From contig OX597820.1 of the NCBI GenBank assembly GCA_951406725.2, forward strand, positions 105,214,001 to 105,278,000: a stretch of 64,000 bases of DNA, written 5' to 3'. Below the pieces are notes generated by a model. That model saw nothing but the letters and a program-made list of their open reading frames with translations, was not told where the DNA came from and searched no databases. The DNA is from Octopus vulgaris. Lineage: Eukaryota. Positions 14,790 through 25,499 of this stretch are shown piece after piece. The position numbers were made by a program, and so were the translations under genes. Each line of letters starts with the position of its first letter. Position 1 is the stretch's first letter.

Positions 14790-15796
14790 TATAATTTCAA
14801 CAATTGAGGGTAAAATTAATTAATTATTAATCAATTTCGCCAAGTATTCAGTATGTAAAGGGACCATTTTAGGCGAATTCAAAATATTACATTATATATA
14901 AGGGCTTAGTAAAATAAATTACTTTGCCACATACTGAACTCATTAGAAATAGCAGCTAAAGAAATTTCTTCAGCTATTTCTAATACTTAAAGAAGATCTC
15001 TCTTTAAGATCTCTTTAATTGACTAATCTAGAAACGTACGTTCTCAAATAACCTTTGCACTTGATTTTTTAATGTTTTTTCCCCCATACCTTTGTGAGTT
15101 GGTTTAGGCAAACACTATCTGAGAGAGATCTTCTTTAAGTATTAGAAATAGCAGCTAAAGAAATTTCTTCAGCTATTTCTAATACTTAAAGAAGATCTCT
15201 CTCAGATAGTGTTTGCTATCAAGTTGATGAGTCATTATCTGAGAGAGATCTTCTTTAAGTATTAGAAATAGCTGAAGAAATTTCTTCAGCTATTTCTAAT
15301 ACTTAAAGAAGATCTCTCTCAGATAATGACTCATCAACTTGATAGCAAACACTATCTGAGAGATCTTCTTTAAGTATACACTATCTGAGAGAGATCTTCT
15401 TTAAGTATTAGAAATAGCTGAAGAAATTTCTTCAGCTATTTCTAATACTTAAAGAAGATCTCTCTCAGATAGTGTTTGCCTAAACCAACTCACAAAGGTA
15501 TGGGGAAAAAACATTAAAAAATCAAGTGCAAAGGTTATTTGAGAACGTACGTTTCTAGATTAGTCAATTAAAGAGATCTTAAAGAGAGATCTTCTTTAAG
15601 TATTAGAAATAGCTGAAGAAATTTCTTTAGCTGCTATTTCTAATGAGTTCAGTATGTGGCAAAGTAATTTATTTTACTAAGCCCTTATATATAATGTAAT
15701 ATTTTGAATTCGCCTAAAATGGTCCCTTTACATACTGAATACTTGGCGAAATTGATTAATAATTAATTAATTTTACCCTCAATTGTTGAAATTATA
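14790..15796. repeat. ~1 kb near-perfect palindrome with nested sub-palindromes, centre 15280/15281
   Basis: Left end ATAATTTCAACAATTGAGGG is the reverse complement of right end CCCTCAATTGTTGAAATTAT; spacer-less centre GCTGAAGAAA|TTTCTTCAGC. Confidence 0.92.
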
Positions 15797-16252
15797 ATTC
15801 ATCTTTCTCTGTTAAATGCTGCGGTTTTCACCGCTAATACATGGTGTTTGTCAATTTTAACCCACGCTGGTGGAAAGGGGAGAGCAGAAATTCTTCGCTT
15901 GCATATTCGAATTTGGTAGCACTTTTAGTTCGAGCAGAATTCTAGAAGTGATAAGAAGCCGAAAGGGTATGCTCCCAACTTTCAGTGTTCCCAAATCCGA
16001 TTCAAGGAATTCTGAGCTGACGAAAGAAATGTCGAATTGACTAATCTAGAAACGTACGTTCTCAAATAACCTTTGCACTTGATTTTTTAATGTTTTTTCC
16101 CCCATACCTTTGTGAGTTGGTTTAGGCAAACACTATCTGAGAGAGATCTTCTTTAAGTATTAGAAATAGCTGAAGAAATTTCTTTAGCTGCTATTTCTAA
16201 TGAGTTCAGTATGTGGCAAAGTAATTTATTTTACTAAGCCCTTATATATAAT
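15584..16252 (+). mobile_element. 557-bp-period repeat unit with 112-bp terminal redundancy and hammerhead-like motif (Penelope pLTR/retrozyme-like)
   Basis: 15584-15695 repeated at 16141-16252; TGAG CTGACGA...GAAA CGTACG TT CTCA at 16013-16064; ends in (TA)n. Confidence 0.55.
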
Positions 16253-16341
16253 ATATATATATATATATATTATGGAGATGTACTTGCATAGTGAGTGACC
16301 TGATCTGAGATCATGTGCTGGAACGAAAACAATTGCAGCAT

Positions 16342-16499
16342 GAGGAGTGGCTGTATGGTAAGTAGTTTGCTTACCAACCACATGGTTCTGGGTTCAGTCC
16401 CACTGTGTGGCATCTTGGGCAAGTGTCTTCTACTATAGCCTCAGGCCAACCAAAGCTTTGTGAGTGGATTTGATAGACGGAAACCAAAAGAAGCCTGTC

Positions 16500-16536
<37 letters not shown>

Positions 16537-16777
16537 TGTATATGTATATGTATGTGTGTGTATACGTTTGTGTGTCTGTGTTTGCCGCCCCAACATCGCT
16601 TGACAACCAATGTTTGTGTATTTATGTCCCCGTAACCTAGCGGTTCGGCAAAAGAGACTGATAGAATAAGTACTAGGCTTACAAAGAATAAGTCCTGGAG
16701 TCGATTTGCTCGACTAAAGGCAGTGCTCCAGCATAGCCACAGTCAAATGACTGAAACAAGTAAAAGAGTAAAAGAGT
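16342..16777 (+). mobile_element. SINE family A nested in the hammerhead repeat
   Basis: Homologous to 10272-10667. Confidence 0.8.
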
Positions 16778-16833
16778 AAGCCATTTAAGAAACACACAAA
16801 AACCATTAGATTCACTTCAACATTTAAATTTAA

Positions 16834-16884
16834 TTTGCCAAAATATTTTCGTCGCTTTGAGACCGCGACCTGTTCACTGACAAA
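16834..16884 (-). ncRNA. Minimal hammerhead-like motif, G3:C8 variant
   Basis: Minus strand TTTGTCA GTGAACA G GTCGC ggtctcaaa GCGAC GAAA ATAT TT TGGCAAA; perfect stem II, stem I with one U-G wobble. Confidence 0.62.
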
Positions 16885-17029
16885 ATTTAAATATTGAAGT
16901 GAATCTAACGGTTTTTGTGTGTTTCTTAAATGGCTTATAAACACCTTCCACATTGCAATTATATATATATATATGTATATATATATGGTCTTTCACTCAG
17001 CTTTCCCCCACCAAACTCACTCAAAAATA

Positions 17030-17292
17030 AACAAAAAGGTAAAGATACCTTTTCTTGAGTCATACCAACTCATAAGTGCCAGTTTCCCGGTTTCCATGGT
17101 GTATATATTCCCAAGCTGGACAGGACACTGGTCTGTCACAAGATTACTCATTTTTGCTAGCTGAGTGAACTGGAGCAACGTGAAATGAAGTGTTTTGCTC
17201 AAGAACACAATGCATCGCCTGGTCCAGGAATCGAAACCACCATCTTATGATCATGAGTCCAACACTCGAACCACTAAGCCACGTGCCTCCAC
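17030..17292 (-). mobile_element. tRNA-derived SINE family B
   Basis: Reverse complement TGGAGGCACGTGGCTTAGTGG...GTTTCGATTCC. Confidence 0.7.
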
Positions 17293-18734
17293 TTTTGTAA
17301 TTCACTCAAAGGGCATTAGTCAACACTGGGCTATAGTAGAAGGCACTTGCCAAAGATGCCATACTTCTTAACGATACGGCCATGCCTGCACCTATAAAAG
17401 AGAAATCACTAGAGAATCTGGTACTGCAATGGAAGAATCAGTAGAGCAGCAAGCGTCTCATGGCATTCGTTCCATCTCTCCATGTTCTGAATCCAACTTC
17501 ACCTTTCATTCTTATGGCATTGATAAAATAAAGTACCAGTTGAAAGCAGTAGACTGACAGAGTTGTTAGAGTTGGACAAAATATCTTACAGTATTGATTC
17601 CAGTTCTTTATGCTCTTAATACCCAGCAAGGCTTAACAAACTTCTCTGATTTAGAGGACAAGATGATTGATGTCTTGTAAAAATATACCTGAAAGAGATA
17701 ACAGGAAACTGTCTTTGTATTCTTTATATTCACAGATTCCATTGCAAAAAACACAAATCACCAACAATGACTCATCAACTTGATAGCAAAAAGGAAGAAA
17801 TTTTATTTATATTTTTTATACATTATTAAGGTGACAATCTGACAGAATCATTAGTGCATTGGGCAAAATGCTTAGTAGCATCTATTCCAGTCCTTTACAT
17901 TTTGAGTTCAAATTCTACTGAGGTGAACTTTGGCTTTCATCTTCCAGGGATGTTAAAATAAATACCAGTTGAGTACTGGGGTCAATGTAATTGACTATTC
18001 CCCTCGCCTAATAGTGCTGGTCTTGCACCAAAATTTGAAATCTGTGTTACTTATATGCTGTAACATTATCTAGGCACACATGGCTAAGTGGTTAAGAAGT
18101 TTACTTCACAGGCATGATTTCCTGGTTCAATCCACCACTCAGCCACCCTAGCCCATTCATCTCTCCATCTCTCATCACCTTTGGTATGTCCACCCTGACC
18201 CCTTTACTCTGCACTAACCTCTATATCCATTTCTTCTTCCCTAGAATATTGTCCCTCTGGAGTGATCCCATTCATGTGTTGCTTTCAAATGTTCATCCCA
18301 GGTTCAATCCAATTTACAAGCACCCCTGACCCACTTGTCTATCCACCTCTTGTTACTCTTCATCACATGAAGCAGTCCTTGATGGATGTGCTCAAAATTA
18401 TTTTATATAAGTTGTAATTCATAATTAGTCATTGATCTTGATAATCAATTGCTGAAATGATAGTGAATATGAAAGACACAAAATACCAAATTCATGCTTT
18501 TTGTTGTTCTCTCATTCATTCATTCATATATGCATGCATGTTTGCATGCATGTATGCATACATACATGCTTACATGTATATATGCTTTGAAGTATTTGCC
18601 TCAGCTCTTTGCTTTGACTTCAAACCCTACCCTGGTCTACTTTGGAGGAAGACATAATCCATTGCTTAATTTCACAGAAATATGTGGCACTTTAGATACC
18701 ACATATTACTGTCAAACTCCACTTTAGTGGAGTT

Positions 18735-18752
18735 CATGTACATGCATGCATG

Positions 18753-18796
<44 letters not shown>

Positions 18797-19048
18797 CGTA
18801 CACACACACATACATAGGTATACATACATGTACATACACACCCCCACATATATGCATACATACACGCATACATACATGTATATACACACAAACACATACA
18901 TACATACATACATGTACATACACACATACATACATACATAAATATATGAATGTACATACATGTACATACACACAAACACATACATACATACATGTACATA
19001 CACACATACATACATAAATATATGAATGTATACATATACATACATACA
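18735..19048. repeat. Compound TACA/CA microsatellite-minisatellite
   Basis: Repeated ATACATACATGTACATACAC units. Confidence 0.9.
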
Positions 19049-20409
19049 TCATCATCATCATCATCGTTTAACGTCTGTTTTCGATGCTGGCATGGGTTGG
19101 ACGGTTCAACTGGGGTCTGGGAAGTCAACATACATACATAATGGCTGTCCAGTCATGATCGAGGAAGACCATTACCAACCATCAAGGTGCACCCAGACAA
19201 AATTATATTTTACACTTGTCTGATAACTAATGAACCCAGTTCTTGATACATGTCCACATCTGCAGATATTGTAGACCAAGCTGCCCCCGTTCACTATACT
19301 GGCAGTGGTTTTCAAGCAACTTATTAAATCATGCATTAAACATGCATGATTTTTTAACATAACACTCCTTTCTTTATTTATTTCTTCCATTGGTCACAAT
19401 TACAACCATTGTTTTTCCAACTGAACTCCCATATTTTGCATGTCTTCATCAAGTCAATGTTATTGTTACGTTTTTGTTATGGCATTTTCTGAAAGAACAT
19501 AGAGGTACTTTCCTGTTTCCTCCTTTAAGTACGGTCACCCATTGAATGGCCTGTACTTGTAATTCAAAAATCTTGCCATGTCACATTGTGTGTCATGTTG
19601 ATTTAGCTGAGAATTGCATTAAAGATACATGTACCTGTGGACTATTCAGCTACTTAATATGCTAATACAATGAGTCAGTTATTCAGTCAATTGAATAACT
19701 TGATGCTCATACAAAACTGATATGAGAGTCAGCATCACAATCATCATTTCTGGAAAATAAAAAGAGAAGGAAAGAAAGAGACAATGGTCACAGCTGGAAC
19801 GTTTTTTGGTCATAGATCAGATCAATGATGGATGGCTGAGCCATGACTAAAAAAAAAAAAAAAAAAACAATAGAAACAACAACAATAGCTTCCAAATGGC
19901 ATTATCCACCCAGCCATAAACAGATGCTAGAAGCAGAGAACAAATTATTGCAGTAAATAGCACCAGCACTAACAACTAAAGAGGTTTTCTTGTTTTGATT
20001 TCTGAATTGAATTCAATTCCTCTTTTTGCTAAAGGTTGGGGCATGATGAGGTTCTAGATAAACTACAAGAAGCTCAAATCTTCAGTGATGTCCTAACAAC
20101 ACAATCACCTCTATCATCACCAGCATCATCACCAGCATCATCATTTAATGTCCACTTATCCATGCTTTCGTGAGTCAGATTTATGGTTGGATACCATTCT
20201 TGTCATCAGTTTTCAACCGTTTCTATGCAAGGTAATATACCCCATGACCAGGCATGTTTCCACAGAATACTTGAAATGAATGACACTGCTTGTATGACAG
20301 TGAAACTCATTTACAACATGTGGTGTCTCCTTGTCTTGACATCATGCAGTGTCAAGACAAAGAGAAGGAGACGCAAACATACACACATACTCGCACTTAC
20401 ATATATACA

Positions 20410-21610
20410 TACAAGGAAGAACCAAAAGTAACTGGAAACGTTCTCTGTGGGACAAGCCTGTTGTAGTTCAGGTTTCCACCACTAGAAGCCACTTGATGTG
20501 ACCTTCAGGCATCAGTCTGCTGACAGTCATCATTGAATAATGTCATACTGCCACGTGGTGCATCTTTGTTTTGTAGTGCTTCTCCCCTGTTTGGCAATTT
20601 TTGTGATGGCTGAAACAAAGGAACAGTATGCTTCCATGAAATTCTGTTTTCTGCCAGGGAAAAAAGCGGCTGAAACAGTTGCCATGCCTCAAACAGCTTA
20701 CAAGAATGCTACCATGAGTGAAACACTAGTTTACGAATGGTTTTCAGGCTTTAGGAATGATCACGTGTCACTTGGCGACCAACCTCATTTAGGGTAACTG
20801 TCAACCTCCTGAACGAATGAAAACAGCACAAAAATTTATGAACTGATCTTGGAGGACCATTGCCAAACAATTGATGAACTTGTTGATATGACTGGTGTGT
20901 CCTGGAGCTCCTACCAGCGAATTATGAGCAAGGAGTTGCGAATGAAAAGAGTTGCAGCTCATGGAAGCTCAACAGCAGTCATGACTGAATGTGTGTCATG
21001 AACTGAAAGAACAGTTGGAAGTTGATCCAGCCCTTTTTTCAAAGGTCATCACTGGTGACAAAAGCTGGTGCTACGAGTACAACCTGGAAGCAGCAATCAA
21101 GTCAATGGAAGCATTTGATGTCATCACACCCCAAAAAAGCATGTCAAGTGAAGTCTAATATGAAGATGATGCTTTGTTCACAGAGAATTTGTTCCTCCTG
21201 GTCAAACTGTTCGCCAGACATTTTACTTGACAGTTCTGAGGCATTTGAGAGACATGATGAGACAAAAACACCCCGACCTGGGGCAAAGTGGAGAGTGGTG
21301 GTTTCATCAGGACAATGTACCTACACACACTGCCCTGAGTGTGAGACAGTTTTTGACCAAAAATGGCATAACCTAACTTATCCATCCTCCCTATTAACCT
21401 AATCTTGCTCCTTGTGAATTTTTTTTTTTTTTTTTTTTGGTTCCCCAAATGAAAAAGTCCTTTAAGGAAAACGTTTTGCAGATGTGGAACTGGTGAAGAA
21501 AAACGATGGAGGCGTTAAAAGACATCACTCCACAAGGGTTCCTGGACTGCTTCATTGGAAAACGTATCTGAACTAATGTATTACTTCAAATGGAGAATAC
21601 TTTGAAGGTG
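20410..21610 (+). mobile_element. Mariner transposase pseudogene
   Basis: MAETKEQYASMKFCF..AETVAM..TAY..VYEWFSGF (HTH), VITGDKSWCYEY, WWFHQDN, LAPCEF, GEYFEG motifs in broken frames. Confidence 0.85.
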
Positions 21611-22029
21611 TTACGTATGTATGCGTGTGTGTGTGTGTGTGTGTTTGTGTACGAAAGGGTACCCCAAAGAAACCAGGATTTTGCAATATCATTTTATTCA
21701 CTTAGTTTTACCTGTTATTTGTTTATCTATGTCTTCCAATAAACTCTGCTGTGTTATCCTTATTTTTCAAACTGTAAAAGCAATTTATGAGCATCCTGTA
21801 CTACTCAGCCAGAAGAACGTGTGACAAAAGCGAAACGTTTAAAGGGAAATAACTCTTAAAGACTAAAGAATTATTTCCCATTTGCTTACGAGTAAATATT
21901 TCGAAATTTGTCTTTAGTAATTTAATTTCCTTGGTTAGGCACAAGAAGCAAGTTTTTCCCCCACAGTTTTAGACGATAAATTATTTCTAATTATGAATAT
22001 TTATTTCAAAATTCCGTGCTGCATCACAG

Positions 22030-22228
22030 AATTTTGTCAGTGAACAGGTCGCAGTCTCAAAGCGACGAAAATATTTTGGCAGATTAAATTTAAATGTTGA
22101 AGTGAATCTAACGGTTTTTGTTGTGTTTCTTAAATAGCTTATAAACACCTTCCACGCTGCAATTGTTTTCGTTCCAGCACACGATCTCAGATCAGGTCAC
22201 TTGCTATGCAAGTACATCTCCGTAATAT
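22030..22228 (+). mobile_element. G3C8-hammerhead repeat copy 3 (hammerhead fold 22033-22083)
   Basis: TTTGTCA GTGAACA G GTCGC agtctcaaa GCGAC GAAA ATAT TT TGGCAGA; preceded by a short inverted piece of its own 5' flank (22008-22027). Confidence 0.7.
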
Positions 22229-23567
22229 TTATTTCCTTGGTCCATTAACTAAATGTGAATTCAAAATATAGAGGGGTAAAATTCACAATATAGAGAGATT
22301 TGTCTTTTAAGTGGGATACTGTTTGTTAAAAACAGAAGAAAAACGAAATAAGCAAGACAAAAGGAGAAACATTGGACAGAGAATCCCTGATGAGGTTTTG
22401 GCGGAATTCGGGACGAGAGAACTTTGATAGACGTATAAACTAAAAATAGTATGACTAAAAACTAAAATGAAGATCAAATATATAGTTCATGTGTTTGATT
22501 AATCAAAAACAATTTAAATGACCATCTCGAAGTATCACAGTATCGTATCTGTTTCAACAGACGTTTTCACACCAAGAACCTTGCAAAACAAAAACACAAA
22601 CCTAATTGTTTGCTTAGTTAATTCCATAATCATCATTAACTTCATTCCCACTTTTTCACAGCTGGAGGTCCTTCGTGTCACTAATCATCACTAGTTTCCA
22701 AGCAAAGCGATATTTCCCCATGCCCAGACACTTTTCCTGGAAGTCAGAAAACGGAAAACATCACTCATGCAAACGGTGGTACTCGTTTACAACTGTCATG
22801 GGATGTCAAGACAAGACACAACCACAACCTATAATGTATGTATGTGTTTTTGTGTGTATCCATGTCAAGCTATACATAAAAACGGTCTAACATTAAAGTG
22901 AAAGATTATTCAATACATTTTAGTAGTAAACATATTTCTTTTACTTGCTTCAGTTATTTGACTGTGGCCATGCTGGAGCACCGCCCTTAGTCGAGCATAT
23001 CGAGCCCAGAACTTATTCTTTGTCAGCCTAGTATTTATTCTATCGGTCTCTTTTGCCAAACCGCTATGTAATAGGGACATAAACACACCAGCATACATAC
23101 ACACACCCATATATATATATGAATGTATATATATGTGTGTATACGAGGATAGGCTAAAAAGTTCAAATACTGACTATGAAGGAATGATGCAAGAGCTGTG
23201 AAATCTTGCAAGCATTAATTTCAACTTCCCTTATTAATAACTGCCTTGTTTTTTTCCAGGTAAAATGACATCTGACTCTTCAAAGATTTCAAAAGTAACG
23301 AGTAGTGACTTCTCTGGAAAATCTCCAAAGTTTTCAGTTTTACAATTGAATCTATAAAGTTGGGAATAAATTCCCATTACAAGCTAACAGCAGAAGGTTT
23401 AATGTGGTCTCCAAGTGCACAGTCCTTAATAAACTCCACAACTCTACAAAGGCTCATATTGGAGCTACTGTTAATCTTGATCAAACAAACTCTGTGCCTT
23501 TAAACTCTTTTAAATATGAAAACCATAGTAGATCTACTTCTCTAGCAGAGCATATACATAGTTATCT

Positions 23568-23602
<35 letters not shown>

Positions 23603-23614
23603 CATGTGTATAAA

Positions 23615-25430
23615 AATAATAATAATGAAATTATTGTATACAGTGCTCAGGTGCACCACAACTTGTCAAAAAGTGCGTATAAAGTATATGCAGTAATGTA
23701 CAAATGCCTGGAAAGCGAACAGTGTATGAATCAGATACATGCTTGCGTGTGTATGGAGGGGAGAAAATCAGGTGTAGTGTTGGCGAATCTCAGGAAGCAT
23801 GGAGGTTTTGAAGGATGCAGTGCTCCGACAACTAACAACTGATGCCGGCAGTTTGTTCCATGCTTCAGCAACTCTCAGCATGAAAAAATGTTTCTGAAAG
23901 TCGTGGGAGCTGTGCTGTTTTCTGACTTTGTAAATATGTCCATGGGTGTTAGACAGGTGGAGTTTGAAAAGGTGCTCAGAGTTATTGTTTGTAAGATGGT
24001 TAATAATTTTATGGGTGTCTGCCAAGTCAGCTGCCAGACGTCGGAGTTTCAATGTGTCCATGCCCAGGGAAGTAAGGCGTTCAGAATATGGCAAATGCCT
24101 GATGGAGGGTATTCTTTTGCTTGCACGTCGCTGAACGGCTTCCAGATGATTAATATCCTGGGCAAGATAGGGGTTCCAGACCGGTGATGCAAATTCCAGG
24201 TGAGGTCTTACCATAGCTATATAAAGCCGTAGATAGATAGCCGGAGAGCAGCTCACAAAGGACTTGGTGAGTGATGCCAAGACACCCTCAGCCTTCTTGG
24301 CAATTTTAGCAATGTGTTTTGTCCAACGCAAATCGCTGTTGACAAAAACACCCAGGTCACGTTCACACGAAGACTTTTTGAGAATAGTGTTGTGGAGGGA
24401 ATAAGTAGATGCAGGGTTTTTCCTCCCAAAATGCATCGTGGTACATTTGTCCACAGCCAGCTTGAGTTGCCAGTCCATGATCCACTGCTGCATTGTGTCC
24501 AGGTCTGCTTGCAATAGAGATCTATAGTGTACAGGATCTGACCTCTTTATTTCGAGGTACAGCTTGATGTCATCTGCATATTTCAGCACTGTGGCATTCT
24601 TTAAGTTGACATCTATGTCATTAACATATGCAACAAATAAAAGGGAGCCAAGCACAGATCCTTGTGGTACACCAGATGTCATCTCATAGGGTGAAGAGTG
24701 CTGTCCTAGAACTGTGACAACCTCTTTTCGGCTGAAAATTAAGGACTTCAACCAGTTATAGAGATTGTCTCTTATGCCCAACGCAGAGAGTTTCACCATA
24801 AGTCTTTTGTGTGGCACACAGTTAAAAGCCTTAGCAAAGTCCAGGTAAACAACATCCACTCAGGATCCACTATCAGTGATTCGGGTAATGTCCTCAAGAA
24901 ACTCGATGAGTTGATTACAGCAGCTGGAGTTAGGAATAAATCCAAATTTTGACGGCTAGATGAGGCTGTGAGACTTCCAGAAGTTCCAGAGGGTTTCCCT
25001 GACACAGGATTCCATCACTTTGACGATGCAGCTAGTAAGACTAATGGGGCGATAGTTGACAGGCAATGTGCGGTCACCTTTTTTGAACAGGGGGATAACA
25101 CTGGCAGTTTTCCACTGCTCTGGAGTAGCACCATTGTCAAGACAGAATTGGAAGAATAGAGAAAGTTGGCTTAGAAGAAAGTACCCACCGCGTTTGAGAA
25201 GTAGGTATGTAACACCATCAAGACCAGGAGAGGCATAGTTGCATTTATTCTTAAGGTGGCATTGTAGCATTGCTGGTGTAAATTTTATAGTAGATATAGA
25301 GTCCGGTATCAGAGGTGATGAATATGGAACATTTTGGTCTTCGACAGTTAAGATGCCTGCATAGCATCCAGCAATGATTTCTGCACATTCTTTGGGATCG
25401 CCAGTAATCTGCCCTGTGTCACCCGTATTG
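23615..25430 (-). mobile_element. CR1-clade LINE, 5'-truncated, RT disrupted, (TAA)-type tail
   Basis: ORFs 24956-25498 (PLFKKGDR..NYRPISLT) and 23768-24859 (DVVYLDFAKAF, GVPQGSVLG, KYADDIKL, ERDLGV, VRPHLEFA, HFF..RVAEAWNKLP). Confidence 0.9.
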
Positions 25431-25499
25431 TAAACCAAGTAGTTCACGAAGGAGTCATACACAATGACTGGCATAGCAGCACCATAGTCATCTGCCACA

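Larger units (their letters stand above)
16270..16960 (-). mobile_element. G3C8-hammerhead repeat copy 2, interrupted by a SINE and followed by an inverted partial copy
   Basis: 16270-16341 plus 16778-16885 are the reverse complement of 22033-22228; 16886-16960 is a forward fragment of the same element. Confidence 0.7.

Noticed and set aside
14940-15640. Repeat-spacer look resembling a CRISPR array
   Set aside because: Repeats alternate orientation, intervening segments are not unique, eukaryotic context, no cas genes
22380-22480. CTGATGA hammerhead-like core at ~22387
   Set aside because: No convincing stem II-GAAA-UH-stem I arrangement follows
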